Positions 30,080 to 40,244 of a stretch of 59,599 nt of DNA are shown piece after piece; positions within the stretch are counted from its first letter, which is position 1, and each line of letters begins with the position of its first letter. The notes under the pieces were generated by a model. That model made no database searches, was not told the DNA's origin, and was given only the letters and a program-made list of their open reading frames with translations. The position numbers and the translations under genes were made by a program. Origin of the DNA: Pseudobdellovibrionaceae bacterium (lineage in GTDB: Bacteria; Bdellovibrionota; Bdellovibrionia; Bdellovibrionales; UBA1609); NCBI GenBank assembly GCA_043720065.1, contig JAYSTF010000130.1, positions 1-59,599 of the forward strand, read 5' to 3'.

Positions 30080-30780
30080 AATCAGTAAAATTCGCGGTTC
30101 TTAGCATGATCCTTGTGAGTGGCGCGGCCTTCGCCGACTTGGATACAGATTTAAATGGCCTTGGCGGAAATAAAGATCTCATTCGTCGAGCAAAAGGCCT
30201 GGATCCAAAAAATCGCGTCTCTGTCGTGCAAAACCGCTCAGTTGATCGCGACTTCCGCCTTGAGTTCGGCGTAAATGCAGGCGTGAACAGCGGTGGCGAT
30301 CCTTATGTAAAAACCGATAGTATCGGTGGATCCGTTGATTTCCACTTCACTCCCCGCTGGTCTGTTGGTGGTCGCTACTACTCGCACAACAATACGTTAA
30401 GCTCCGAGGGTGAGCGCGTGTTCAAAGCTGCCGCTGCTTCGCGTGAACCTGGCACTGGTCTAAATCGTCGAGACATCGACTACGCCTCTGACACCACTTT
30501 AGGTGTGATCAACTGGTACCCGATGTATGGAAAATTAAATTTGTTTGATATGGGCATCGCGCAGTTTGATATTTATTTGCTTGGGGGCGGGGGCAGCGTA
30601 AGCCTCGCATCGGGTTCAGCCCCAACTTGGACTGCCGGCGTGGGTATGGGTTTTTGGTTGAACCAGCATTTCAGTACGCGTCTTGAGGCCCGCTATCAGT
30701 CATACGAAGACGAGATTTCTTCTGGATCTCGCCAGATCGACTTAACCGTTATTTCCGCTAGCATAGGATTTTTGTTATGA
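30076..30780 (+). CDS. Outer-membrane beta-barrel protein (GltA/GltB-like)
   Basis: VVQNR, WYPMYGKLNLF, FDIYLLGGGG, C-terminal IGFLL. Confidence 0.8.
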   Translation: MKSVKFAVLSMILVSGAAFADLDTDLNGLGGNKDLIRRAKGLDPKNRVSVVQNRSVDRDFRLEFGVNAGVNSGGDPYVKTDSIGGSVDFHFTPRWSVGGRYYSHNNTLSSEGERVFKAAAASREPGTGLNRRDIDYASDTTLGVINWYPMYGKLNLFDMGIAQFDIYLLGGGGSVSLASGSAPTWTAGVGMGFWLNQHFSTRLEARYQSYEDEISSGSRQIDLTVISASIGFLL

Positions 30781-31856
30781 AGACCATTGCTTTCAGTCTC
30801 TTTACTTTAATGATCGGGCTTTCCAGTCACGCTAAAGTGGCGGAGCGGCAGTCGTTCATCGTCAAGAACACAAAAGAGCTGAAGGCCCTTGAGGCCAAGA
30901 TGAAAAAGTCTGGTGGTGAGGAGAAAGCCTGGCTGCGATGGCAGCTTGCTCTAAACGCACCGTTGGTTGGCAATGCGAAACTTGGACTTGCAGCTCTTGA
31001 TTCATTGATCACTTCAAGGCAAAAGCTGATCGCGGTTGATCAAATTGACCTCACTCGCGCGCGAATTCACTTCCAAGAAGGTAATTTTGAGGACGCCATC
31101 GACGCTTACCAAGCCGTTGGTAAAGCTTCTGAATATTGGTTTGAAGCCTTAGAAGAAGAGGCCTGGTCTTACATCCGTTTAGGACAGCCCGATAAGGCGA
31201 CAGCAAAACTCGCAACTCTTCTTTCTCCCGTCTTTCAAACATGGGTCGGGCCAGAAACTTTTTTCGCAGCGAACTACACGGCGCTAAAGACTTGTGACTA
31301 CCCGACGGTTTTCAAATACGGAAAGCAGTTTAAAGAGCGTCACATGAAGCGAATTAAGGAACTAGAAAGTTTATCAAAGACCGGCAATAATTCAGTGACT
31401 TCAACCGCACTCGCGCGCTTAGAGAGTGGCGAAATGAATTTCACTGCGTTTGCGAAAGAAGCCACGGCTATGCCACGCTTCTTTTGGCGCGATGAATTCT
31501 TGCGCCGTCATGTCGCTGACATCAAAGACGGCAAGGCTTCACCTAAAAATGCAGCAAAAGCCCGTAGCAAAATGGTTGCGCGACTAAAGGCGCTTGCAAA
31601 GTCAGAATTGAGTGAATATAAAACTGTGATCCAAAAGCTTCACATTATTGAAGCTGAAGCGATCCAACGCATGTACCTTGATGATTCATTAACGGGTGTT
31701 CGCCCAGAACTTGCCGAAACCAAGAGCGATCCAAACGTTTTAAGCTTCCCGCATGATGATGAAATGTGGATCGACGAGATCGACAGCTATCAAGCTAAAG
31801 TGAAAGAGTGTCCCCAACTTAAAGAGGCCAAGTATGACGTCAAATCTAATAACTAA
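30777..31856 (+). CDS. TPR protein (GltC-like)
   Basis: YWFEALEEEAWSY, C-terminal FPHDDEMWIDEIDSY...C. Confidence 0.75.
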   Translation: MKTIAFSLFTLMIGLSSHAKVAERQSFIVKNTKELKALEAKMKKSGGEEKAWLRWQLALNAPLVGNAKLGLAALDSLITSRQKLIAVDQIDLTRARIHFQEGNFEDAIDAYQAVGKASEYWFEALEEEAWSYIRLGQPDKATAKLATLLSPVFQTWVGPETFFAANYTALKTCDYPTVFKYGKQFKERHMKRIKELESLSKTGNNSVTSTALARLESGEMNFTAFAKEATAMPRFFWRDEFLRRHVADIKDGKASPKNAAKARSKMVARLKALAKSELSEYKTVIQKLHIIEAEAIQRMYLDDSLTGVRPELAETKSDPNVLSFPHDDEMWIDEIDSYQAKVKECPQLKEAKYDVKSNN

Positions 31857-33078
31857 ATTAATAGTTATCGGTGCGGTTTGGGCTCTGACCGGCTGCGAAA
31901 GCAAGAGCAGCGACCTCGGCCAAGGCAAAATCGAGTATGGCGTGCGCAGCGCTCAGGCAGATCCCTTGAAGATTGATGTTAACGCAAATGTCGATATTCT
32001 TTTTGTGATCGATGATTCTGGAAGTATGAAATCGCATCAGACGAAATTTGTTCAGAACATCAATGAGTTTGTAAAAGAATTCGCGAAGAATAGCGTTATT
32101 GATTTCCATATTGGTGTCACGACCAATTGGGACTCCATCCGCTACGGTGAGTACGATGCGGAATCCAATCAAGTGGTCACGCGAACAATCGTTCCTTTCA
32201 AAGACCGTAACGGCGTTCAACAGTATGAAGAAGTTGGACACTTACGTCCGCTCAAGGCTCCGAAAGGGCTTGCTGAAGATGTGGCGCTTGCAGCACTTAA
32301 AGCACAGCCTGCAAATTACATCGTCAATGGTCCAAACTTTATGGACATTTTAAAAGATGCTCTTGATGTCGGAATTCGTGAATTTCAGCGGGCTAGTACG
32401 GACAAAGTGGATGCCAAGGGACCGGAAAATGAAGAGTTTTTCTCTCCCATCGCCGCGGCCATTAGGAGTCCAGTAGCTGACGGACCGAACAAAGGTTTCT
32501 TACGGCCTGGCGACGAATCTTTTCTAGTGGTGGTCATTGTAACTGATGCGACTGACGCGAGCTCGATCTCTGTCGGTCAATTGAACGGGTACTTGAAATC
32601 GGTCAAAGGTAAAGGCAACTACAGTGTATTCGGAGTACTGAACCTCAATGCTAAGGCATCTAAGGATTGCACATTCGACCCTGCGATGAATCGACCGCTG
32701 CTCAAGGACCCTGTTACCGGGTTGCGCGCGGATTCAATCATGGAGCTCGTCAGTATTACGGGTGGTAAGGCCCTGCATATGTGTTCGAATTACGCTAAAG
32801 AACTTTCTGAGATTGGTGCACTTGTTCGCGATCGCACCTTAAAGGAAATTATTGTGCCGGTACCCGCGGGCGCGTTGCTTGATTCAAATACTGTTGTCGT
32901 AAAATACGGCAAGGACACAGTTCCTTATGGACAGATCAATGGGTGGAGCTGGAACGTTGGATCTAAGTCCATCGTGATTCGCGGTGCAGCGAATTGGGAA
33001 GCGCAAAAGGATGCGAAAATATCCGTGGCTTTTGAGCCTGTTGATCCCTCACGCCGCTCGTCACATATCAAAGAGTAG
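31834..33078 (+). CDS. VWA-domain lipoprotein (CglB-like adhesin candidate)
   Basis: Lipobox LTGC; VDILFVIDDSGSM MIDAS motif; LVVVIVTD. Confidence 0.8.
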   Translation: MTSNLITKLIVIGAVWALTGCESKSSDLGQGKIEYGVRSAQADPLKIDVNANVDILFVIDDSGSMKSHQTKFVQNINEFVKEFAKNSVIDFHIGVTTNWDSIRYGEYDAESNQVVTRTIVPFKDRNGVQQYEEVGHLRPLKAPKGLAEDVALAALKAQPANYIVNGPNFMDILKDALDVGIREFQRASTDKVDAKGPENEEFFSPIAAAIRSPVADGPNKGFLRPGDESFLVVVIVTDATDASSISVGQLNGYLKSVKGKGNYSVFGVLNLNAKASKDCTFDPAMNRPLLKDPVTGLRADSIMELVSITGGKALHMCSNYAKELSEIGALVRDRTLKEIIVPVPAGALLDSNTVVVKYGKDTVPYGQINGWSWNVGSKSIVIRGAANWEAQKDAKISVAFEPVDPSRRSSHIKE

Positions 33079-33129
33079 TGCCAACATTTGCGCCGACCCG
33101 GTAGCATAAGAACCTCATTGGAGGTTCTT

Positions 33130-33903
33130 ATGCGCTTCGTTTTATGGATAGCTCTAGGGCTCGGTTTCCTTGGCTGTAATTCTACCGATATAAAACCCGA
33201 AACTCCATTAACCCCTCCAGCGCCAACCTGGAATTCACCTGTTAATTCTGTAACCGTTATGACGTTCAGCGTGCAACGAGAGACCACACTTGAGCAATTA
33301 GGCGATTCTATTCGAGCCGGCCGCAATGGCATAGGGCCCGACATTTTAATTTTAGGGGAAGTTAAAAGTAAGGCGTTCTTGCGCCGATTAGTCGACGAAG
33401 AGCTAAAGGGCCTAGGTTATACGTCAATAATTTTAGTTGAGGGAAAGCGCTCGCACAGGCCCCATGTCGCAATCATAGTTAAGTTAAAGACTGTGGGAAA
33501 ACCTAAGCTTCACGAAAACCAGAAGATTCTTGAAGCCGCCATTAAAATGCCTGACGGTCGCATAGTTAAAGTGTTTGCCGTTCACTTGCCAGCTCCACCG
33601 AAGCCAAGCGATCTGCGAGTCGAGGCGATGAAGTTCCTCAACTCACTTAAAAAACGGCTGCCTCAAGGGCAGCTTGCAATTGCAGCTGGCGATTTCGGCA
33701 TAACAAATGAAGAAGACGCTCAGTCGAGAGTCATTGAGCGGTTTGCAGACCAAGAGTGGCTTGTCGCCCACAAACTCGGATGCAAGGACTGTCAGGGCGT
33801 GATTTTAATGAGCAAAGAATTCTACGACGGCGGCCTGGACTGGAAGGTTCTACGGGCAAGCGTGCGCTCAGTGAACGGCGCAAGCGCTGTGGACTTCGAA
33901 TGA
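33130..33903 (+). CDS. Degenerate endonuclease/exonuclease/phosphatase-fold lipoprotein
   Basis: Lipobox FLGC, GPDILILGEV, AVHLP, AGDFG; no C-terminal SDH. Confidence 0.65.
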   Translation: MRFVLWIALGLGFLGCNSTDIKPETPLTPPAPTWNSPVNSVTVMTFSVQRETTLEQLGDSIRAGRNGIGPDILILGEVKSKAFLRRLVDEELKGLGYTSIILVEGKRSHRPHVAIIVKLKTVGKPKLHENQKILEAAIKMPDGRIVKVFAVHLPAPPKPSDLRVEAMKFLNSLKKRLPQGQLAIAAGDFGITNEEDAQSRVIERFADQEWLVAHKLGCKDCQGVILMSKEFYDGGLDWKVLRASVRSVNGASAVDFE

Positions 33904-34006
33904 AATGTACCACATGACTTTCCGCAACCCAGTGTGTCTTAGGCCCACCTGTCCAGGTGGGCCTAAGACACACTGAGTTGCGGAAAGTCATGTGGTACAT
34001 TTCATT
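33899..34006. repeat. 108-bp near-perfect palindrome between convergent genes
   Basis: 53-bp arms, one mismatch, 2-nt centre (TC). Confidence 0.95.
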
Positions 34007-34741
34007 TCACGCGATCTTGCGGATGGCCTCAAGGCGGTCTTTTAGAATTTTAACTTCGCCCTTCAAAGCTTTGTTTTCTTTTTGAATGCTTAAGATCAGA
34101 GCTTGCAGAGATTTCATTTCGGTGGCGATTTTGCCGTCGCCGACTTGGCGGCTGCCAACGGTGACCTCTTTTATCGCTTCAGACACAAGTTCTTTTGTTT
34201 TGTCCGCGGCAGCTGCTTCGCTCGCCAACTCCAAGGGATCCATTTCACCACGTACGAAAGTAGAAGATTGCAGCAAGGCCTCTTCCACCTTTTCCGTAAT
34301 TATTGTGCCCGGATCTACAACTTCTAGGCGAAGTTCGCCGTCAGTGATCATTCGACGGACGGCTTCAATTAGCTTCACATGGGTTATCGCGATTTCGTGA
34401 GCCTGGGGCTTCGCGGTTTCGAATTCCGAGTTGATTCGGCGGCGTTCACCACCCGGCAGGCCGCCAAGAAAGCGCTCAATCTCCTCTGGTTTCAAACCAT
34501 GAAGAGCAATTCCTAAAATATTCACGTTCATCTTGGGCACGATTTCCGCGAGTGTTGCCGAGGGCCACGCTAAAATTCTTGGAATGGTTAGCATCTTTGC
34601 GCGCAGAGCTCCACCCCAAGTAGGGTTCTCTAGATCGACGATGTTTAGAAACTTCTCTTGCTTCTGCGGGGCGAAGGATTCAATAAGCGAAAGAAGCTGT
34701 CGAAAACCGCCTGGTTTTTTATACCTATCTAACTGTCCCAT
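34007..34741 (-). CDS. FliG C-terminal-domain-like protein with C-terminal coiled coil
   Basis: MGQLDRYKKPGGFRQLLSLIE; FliG-C-like helices ending LIEAVRRMITDGEL. Confidence 0.65.
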   Translation of the reverse strand: MGQLDRYKKPGGFRQLLSLIESFAPQKQEKFLNIVDLENPTWGGALRAKMLTIPRILAWPSATLAEIVPKMNVNILGIALHGLKPEEIERFLGGLPGGERRRINSEFETAKPQAHEIAITHVKLIEAVRRMITDGELRLEVVDPGTIITEKVEEALLQSSTFVRGEMDPLELASEAAAADKTKELVSEAIKEVTVGSRQVGDGKIATEMKSLQALILSIQKENKALKGEVKILKDRLEAIRKIA

Positions 34742-34794
34742 AGGCTTTCTTATCGGTTGAAAGCCCCTCCTAGCTTGAGTCTCATTGAGAGAAT

Positions 34795-35145
34795 CTAAAG
34801 CTCCGAAGGCCCTGATTTATCTTTGCGCTCCAGAGAAATCTGAAAATCACCGGTCGTCATAGCTGCCTGCTGGCGTTGTTTTTCGTCCCACCTCACCCTA
34901 TAGGCGTTGTAATGACGTTTAGCTTCGTCCACGTTACAGCGGCTGCGCTTCAACCCGTAAAAGGGCTTACACTGAGTGTATTGGTGCATGAAATGAGCGA
35001 TCGATTTTGGTGCCCGTTTATACTTAACTTTGACGGTCTTCCGCTGCCGAGCGATTTCCCGGTCAAAATCCAACGCCAAAGCTGATGGAAGTCCTAAGAC
35101 GAAGGCAAAAGACAGCATCATTAGCCGCGTAAGTGTAATAAGCAC
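34795..35145 (-). CDS. Small secreted basic protein; start uncertain
   Basis: Signal peptide ending ALA, LDFDREI. Confidence 0.55.
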   Translation of the reverse strand: MLITLTRLMMLSFAFVLGLPSALALDFDREIARQRKTVKVKYKRAPKSIAHFMHQYTQCKPFYGLKRSRCNVDEAKRHYNAYRVRWDEKQRQQAAMTTGDFQISLERKDKSGPSEL

Positions 35146-35375
35146 AAAAGCCCTCCCAGTCGCTGGTTACTAACTCTTCGACATTCTGCGTCGCTAGCCT
35201 CTGCTCTAAATTGAGAAATCAGTAACAATTTTAGGTATTTAACAAAATCTGAATAAGTTATTGACGCTATGTATAATCGGACTTAGCCGATACTGTCGAA
35301 CTATTTTCATTGGTATGAAGTTGTTTCATTGTAAAACCTTCATCCCCTTAGTATTCGAATAAGAGGGGGAATAAA

Positions 35376-36713
35376 ATGGGGATAAAATTACTCGCTCTTT
35401 TCGCATTCGCTAGCAATGCTTTCGCCGCTGACTTGCCGGTGAACGATGCTGATTTTAAGTGCATCTCAGCGACACAGGCCGAGCGCTACGTGACCGAGTT
35501 TGGCATCAACGTCAACTCTTTCGGGGGCATGGAACTTTGCAATTCCACCGTCGACACTAAGAAACTTTTTAATGACCTACAGCTCGTCGAAGAAGGCCGG
35601 TTCAGTGGGGCTAAAAAGAATTTGTTTATTCGGGATGCGATCCCCGTCACCCAATATTATAGCTGGTTGAAAAGAATGACCGCCGGTATTCGCCGGGGTC
35701 ACGACATGCCAACGGCCACCGCGTACAACTCCGGTGGATACTTCACAATGCAAGATGGCTGGGCAACTTTATCAACACTTGGCCGCGTCGGAACTCTGGT
35801 TCACGAAGCGCGCCACACCGAAGGCCACCGCCACATGCAGTGCAGCCACGGCCCCTATAAAGACGCCTTCATGAGCGGTTGCGACAGCTCGATTGCGCAA
35901 GGCGGGTCACACGGTATTGAAATGGAGTATTACTCAAGAGTTGTACTTCAAGGCGAAAACTTCCATCCTGCCTATGCGCAGATGGCTCGGCTGATGAACC
36001 TTGCACGAGCGAACTTCGTGTTTAACCAAGACCCTATGACCCAGGCTGAAGCGCTAGTTGCCGTGTCAAACCAAGACCTGATTCTCTTGAATCAACAAGG
36101 TGTGCTTAGCGACCAATCCATTCAAGGCTTGTCGGATTATCGACTTCACCGGGCCTCTCATGGCGTGAGTTTACAAAAAGACAACGTGGCTTTAGCAGTG
36201 GATTTAAATCAAAAAAATTCAACTCCGGTCGAAGACGACTACTCGTACTTTAAACTTCTCTCCGAGAGACGCCTCAATGAAGAGTATGTCGAACTTCAGG
36301 AAGTGGACTTAGCGAATCGCCGGTACCTTTTGGCGCTCACGAAGAGTGGAAAACTCTATACCTATGAATTTGCTCAAGGCGGCTGGTCTAATCCTTCACC
36401 TGCCCCTGATGTCGCGGCACTAATAACAACGGCGCCAAATGGCCTAGAAGGCATTTTCGTTCTCACCAAGACCGGCCAAGTTCAACCCATAGATCCCCGA
36501 ACCCTGACGAGAAGCCCAGCACTTGCAACGAATTGGCCCGACAATGCGGAAGATTTTGTAAACTGGAATTCCCAGCTCCTCATGGTTTCAAGCCAAGGCA
36601 AAGTCGAAGAGGTAAGCTCAGGAAAGTCCTTCTCACCCCTTTCGAACCGAAGTATACAGCAGTTAGTTCGCGCCCCTGTTTACAACGCCTTTACCCGATC
36701 TGAGGAGCTATAG
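35376..36713 (+). CDS. Secreted protein with HExxH zinc-metallopeptidase motif and beta-rich C-terminus
   Basis: Signal peptide ending AFA; LVHEARHTEG. Confidence 0.7.
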   Translation: MGIKLLALFAFASNAFAADLPVNDADFKCISATQAERYVTEFGINVNSFGGMELCNSTVDTKKLFNDLQLVEEGRFSGAKKNLFIRDAIPVTQYYSWLKRMTAGIRRGHDMPTATAYNSGGYFTMQDGWATLSTLGRVGTLVHEARHTEGHRHMQCSHGPYKDAFMSGCDSSIAQGGSHGIEMEYYSRVVLQGENFHPAYAQMARLMNLARANFVFNQDPMTQAEALVAVSNQDLILLNQQGVLSDQSIQGLSDYRLHRASHGVSLQKDNVALAVDLNQKNSTPVEDDYSYFKLLSERRLNEEYVELQEVDLANRRYLLALTKSGKLYTYEFAQGGWSNPSPAPDVAALITTAPNGLEGIFVLTKTGQVQPIDPRTLTRSPALATNWPDNAEDFVNWNSQLLMVSSQGKVEEVSSGKSFSPLSNRSIQQLVRAPVYNAFTRSEEL

Positions 36714-36717
36714 ATCA

Positions 36718-37389
36718 ATGCGTGTTCGACGTTATGGATTTCAACCTGGTTGGTGGCGAAGGTACTTACCCTTCGCCGGAGGCTTTGGAATCGTCGCCAC
36801 AGTTTTGATCGCTTCCTATCTTAATAACCGGGTTCCGATCGTTCCGGCCCGACGCTTGGTCGACCAGGAAGCTATCTCCCGCATTAACTCCAACGCCACC
36901 CGAACACAATGGCGTGAAATTAAAAAATCCTATGCTGCTGAGAAGAATCTCTCTCCCGTTGAAAAGTTCGTGCGTATGGAGAGTTTGAAGGTGGGTCAAG
37001 CCGATCCCGATCCTTCAAAAACCCACGCAAGGCTTAGAGCGGTCGCCCGCGGCCTGGGAAAAAAAGATTTGGACACTCTCCAGCGCTCGGCAATGAATAC
37101 ATCGCTTGGTAATGATCGTCGGTTTTTAAGTGTTTACCTTTTAGCGCTGTCTGAGAATGCGCAATCCGCTCCCGCCCTTTTGGGCATTGCCCTAGCCCCA
37201 ATGACCATTCAAGACAGCACCTCCGTTCACTACGCGGAAGAACTTATGATACGCACTCAAGCCCTAGAGGGAATGGCTCGACAAAACCCGGAAACTTTAA
37301 AGAAGTTCCTGGCCAATCAAGACAATTCATTTCTAGCGGAACAAGCTCGGCGACTACTGCGCGAAAAAAAGCAATCAGCTCGCAACTGA
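36718..37389 (+). CDS. Membrane-anchored helical (HEAT-like) protein
   Basis: N-terminal TM; RFLSVYLLAL, IRTQALEGM. Confidence 0.6.
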   Translation: MRVRRYGFQPGWWRRYLPFAGGFGIVATVLIASYLNNRVPIVPARRLVDQEAISRINSNATRTQWREIKKSYAAEKNLSPVEKFVRMESLKVGQADPDPSKTHARLRAVARGLGKKDLDTLQRSAMNTSLGNDRRFLSVYLLALSENAQSAPALLGIALAPMTIQDSTSVHYAEELMIRTQALEGMARQNPETLKKFLANQDNSFLAEQARRLLREKKQSARN

Positions 37390-38034
37390 GTTTAGTAGTA
37401 CGGCAAGACTTCCAAAAAAGGCGATCCCTATTCCGAGTGCGATAGATCCAAGCACAGTCATCAAACCGTCGCGCTCAATCAAGGCAATGCAGTACAAGAT
37501 CACCGCCGCCGCAGGGCCAACGTTCCCTCCCGGGGGCGCCGGCATCGCCAACAGAATCGCACTAAATCCGATCAGCGCCCCATGAGAACGCGAACAAGCA
37601 CTGCCAGGACTAAAATTAAACCATCGGGGTTTAAGCCAGCGCTCGAGCCACTCAAGCTTTGGCCCCGCCTTCTCATCAATCCGGTGAAGCAGCTTTGAAG
37701 GTACGCCCAACTTTTTTAGACGCTTAGGCAGCCAGGGCGGCCTATTGAGAAGAATCCCTATGCCGACGAAAAAAATTATGAAGCCAAACGGCGTTGATAA
37801 CCCAGGAAGGGGAACTGGTAGAACAAATGGAATGGCCCAGATAAAGCCAAAGAGGGCATGCCCCCTTGGTCCCAAAATCAAAAGCAGGTCACCTACGGTG
37901 ACGGCCTGCTGGTCAGAAGTGATCGCAAGATTTTGGATCTGCTTACGCAGACCCTCTTTTACAATTGTATTACTCGTCACCACATTGAGCAGCCTTACCT
38001 TTGTCCGGCAACTCAGGGTAGTTTTCGTCATCAA
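37375..38034 (-). CDS. exoD: ExoD-family exopolysaccharide synthesis protein; true start probably downstream
   Basis: VTVGDLL..GPRG, PFVLPVPLPGLSTPFG, PWLPKRL, LKPRW, ERDG. Confidence 0.85.
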   Translation of the reverse strand: MMTKTTLSCRTKVRLLNVVTSNTIVKEGLRKQIQNLAITSDQQAVTVGDLLLILGPRGHALFGFIWAIPFVLPVPLPGLSTPFGFIIFFVGIGILLNRPPWLPKRLKKLGVPSKLLHRIDEKAGPKLEWLERWLKPRWFNFSPGSACSRSHGALIGFSAILLAMPAPPGGNVGPAAAVILYCIALIERDGLMTVLGSIALGIGIAFFGSLAVLLNSVAS

Positions 38035-40093
38035 TTAGGCGTAGGTCAAGACTGCGGTTGTTAAGAACCGAGTAAATGTACATAACCGCCTTATAGAGGC
38101 TACGGTTATTGCAGGGTCCAAAAGTGATCGACAATCCATCAGAATTTTTCGCCGTCCACTGGGATTCGAAGTAGATGTGTTTCAACAACTCTTCAATTCC
38201 TTTTTCAGCACCCTTTTCATTCTTCTTCGCTTCGTCCTTTAAGACATGAACCAAGAAGCCTGGACCGATTTCGCCAAACAACGGGTTGGAACGCAAATTA
38301 ACGAAGGCATTCGAGCGCTTTTTCGCCGGTTCATCGCGATTAAAAACAACCACTAAGTTCTCATGGATCTTGTTCAGATCGTGGTGAAACTTATCTTCGA
38401 ACTTCGTTGCATTCCTATTCCAGCCATCCGAATTCGAATCCTCAGGCTCTGACTCGATCTTTGGCAAAGTCTTTACGTACGCAATCATGGCCTGGCGCAG
38501 ATCAGTGTATGCTAGGTTTTCCGCCAACATCAACGCGCCTGGCTTGAAAACGAGAAGCGAGGTCACACGAGCATTCGTGCGCGATCGCTCATCCGCCCAT
38601 GCTCCCCACTCAATGCGATCATAGAGCTCGGATGGAACACGTTTACGTAAAAAATCTTTCATACCGCGAATTTCGTCACGGTCAAACTTCTTGTCCCGAT
38701 ACTCTAGTGCAAATGATAGTTCACCGAACGAGGTGATCTCTTGCTTGGCATCTGTCTCGAACAACAACGTTCCAGTGCCATGGGCTACTTCACTGATGAA
38801 CCCAAGACCGGCGCGAAATTCACTTAGCTTCGTTACGACAGGTAAATAAAAGTATCGGGCGCGATCATACTTGTCGTTTATAGTAACGTAGTTGTCCGCG
38901 TAAGCATTACCGATGGCGATTTGAGCAATGTCTCGATGACCAAGTCGGATAAACATGGGCTTGGAAACGGCGTTGTTGGAGCCCATAAACGCACGGTCAA
39001 TGGCGCGATCACCTTCCGCCTTGTTCTTTTCTTTTTGGTATAGCGCCTCAAGTCCCGCTACCTCTACAAGCAACATATCCTGAATTTTTGCGCGACGACT
39101 AAACGGATTCATGATTTGTAGGTTATTTAACACCACCGACTTCACAGTCCAAACCGACTTCATCAAGTCGTTATAAACCGCGCGAGCTTCTTCTTTGGCA
39201 AAATTAAATTTGTAATCCACCATGAAAAGATTTGTTGTCGCCTTCGAGCCACGGATTTCGATTGGTTTAAACTCTAAGCGGCGCTTAAGTGTGCTACCAA
39301 TGAATTTAACTTCCGTGATTTTAAGCGTATCTCTGGGGCTATAACCAAAACTAATGCCTGCACCGAGCTCTCGCGTTCGAACGGCAATCATTTTCATTCC
39401 GAAGTTATCGTTGGCGGCGCGATTAATATGAAGTTGGAATTCACCACTGATTAAGTAGAAACCGTCGGCTTTGATTGGAAGGGTCGGATTCGTCATCAAT
39501 AATTGTGAGCCGCCAGCGATGACGTTTAAGTTCGCCTGCATGATGATAAAATCACCCGGCTTCATTTTAGCCATCGCTCTTTCAGCACTTGTCGGCTGGT
39601 GCGTGAGGGGCGAATAAACGCCACCGGCTACGAAGTTGTTCAAGTTGTCGCTAAGCTTAGTGCCTTCGACTTGGCGGGCGAAAACCCAACGAACTAATCC
39701 GCCGGGCCCAATCCCAACTTCGGTATCCTTTTCAAGAGTCTCATCCAACTTACCGTGGTCGTAACCCGCTTTGATTTCGAAATCGTCGATCAAAGTCATA
39801 AAGCCTTTTCTGTACGACGGCTCTAAACGGCGTTCCCATTTAGCGCCCGCTCCCAGCGGCTCATCAAATTCATCCCATGACAGCACTTTGGTATGGAGCG
39901 GGATTCGGTCGATGATCGACTGAATCTGCTCAAGGCGCTTATTGCTAATTAGTGGTGCTTCCTCTTTAACTTCAGCGGAAATCACCGGATCGGCCATCTG
40001 CGAGTGAGCAGAGGTGCCCGCCACTAGTCCGAGAATAAGAAGGGCTGCAAGACCGGCCTCAAATAAATTCGATTGGTCGTCGCTCTTAGGCAA
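37970..40093 (-). CDS. Large secreted hypothetical protein
   Basis: About 707 aa; TTG start after AGGGAGG RBS; signal peptide; upstream sigma54-like site at 40145-40159. Confidence 0.75.
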   Translation of the reverse strand: MPKSDDQSNLFEAGLAALLILGLVAGTSAHSQMADPVISAEVKEEAPLISNKRLEQIQSIIDRIPLHTKVLSWDEFDEPLGAGAKWERRLEPSYRKGFMTLIDDFEIKAGYDHGKLDETLEKDTEVGIGPGGLVRWVFARQVEGTKLSDNLNNFVAGGVYSPLTHQPTSAERAMAKMKPGDFIIMQANLNVIAGGSQLLMTNPTLPIKADGFYLISGEFQLHINRAANDNFGMKMIAVRTRELGAGISFGYSPRDTLKITEVKFIGSTLKRRLEFKPIEIRGSKATTNLFMVDYKFNFAKEEARAVYNDLMKSVWTVKSVVLNNLQIMNPFSRRAKIQDMLLVEVAGLEALYQKEKNKAEGDRAIDRAFMGSNNAVSKPMFIRLGHRDIAQIAIGNAYADNYVTINDKYDRARYFYLPVVTKLSEFRAGLGFISEVAHGTGTLLFETDAKQEITSFGELSFALEYRDKKFDRDEIRGMKDFLRKRVPSELYDRIEWGAWADERSRTNARVTSLLVFKPGALMLAENLAYTDLRQAMIAYVKTLPKIESEPEDSNSDGWNRNATKFEDKFHHDLNKIHENLVVVFNRDEPAKKRSNAFVNLRSNPLFGEIGPGFLVHVLKDEAKKNEKGAEKGIEELLKHIYFESQWTAKNSDGLSITFGPCNNRSLYKAVMYIYSVLNNRSLDLRLIDDENYPELPDKGKAAQCGDE

Positions 40094-40244
40094 GGGATCC
40101 TCCCTGGATCTTTTACATTTCGTGTTAAGAAGCAAAAGAGTTGAGCAACAACCACGCCACCGCGGCGCACAATATAAATAGGTTTTAGTCTACAAGAGCT
40201 TGTAAGGGATTCAGGACTGTCGGTAAAACCAGCGGGATTAACGA

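Noticed and set aside
34750..34780. Sigma28 promoter for the FliG-like gene (ACCGATAA)
   Set aside because: Plausible -10, but the -35 spacing is off; not supportable from sequence alone.
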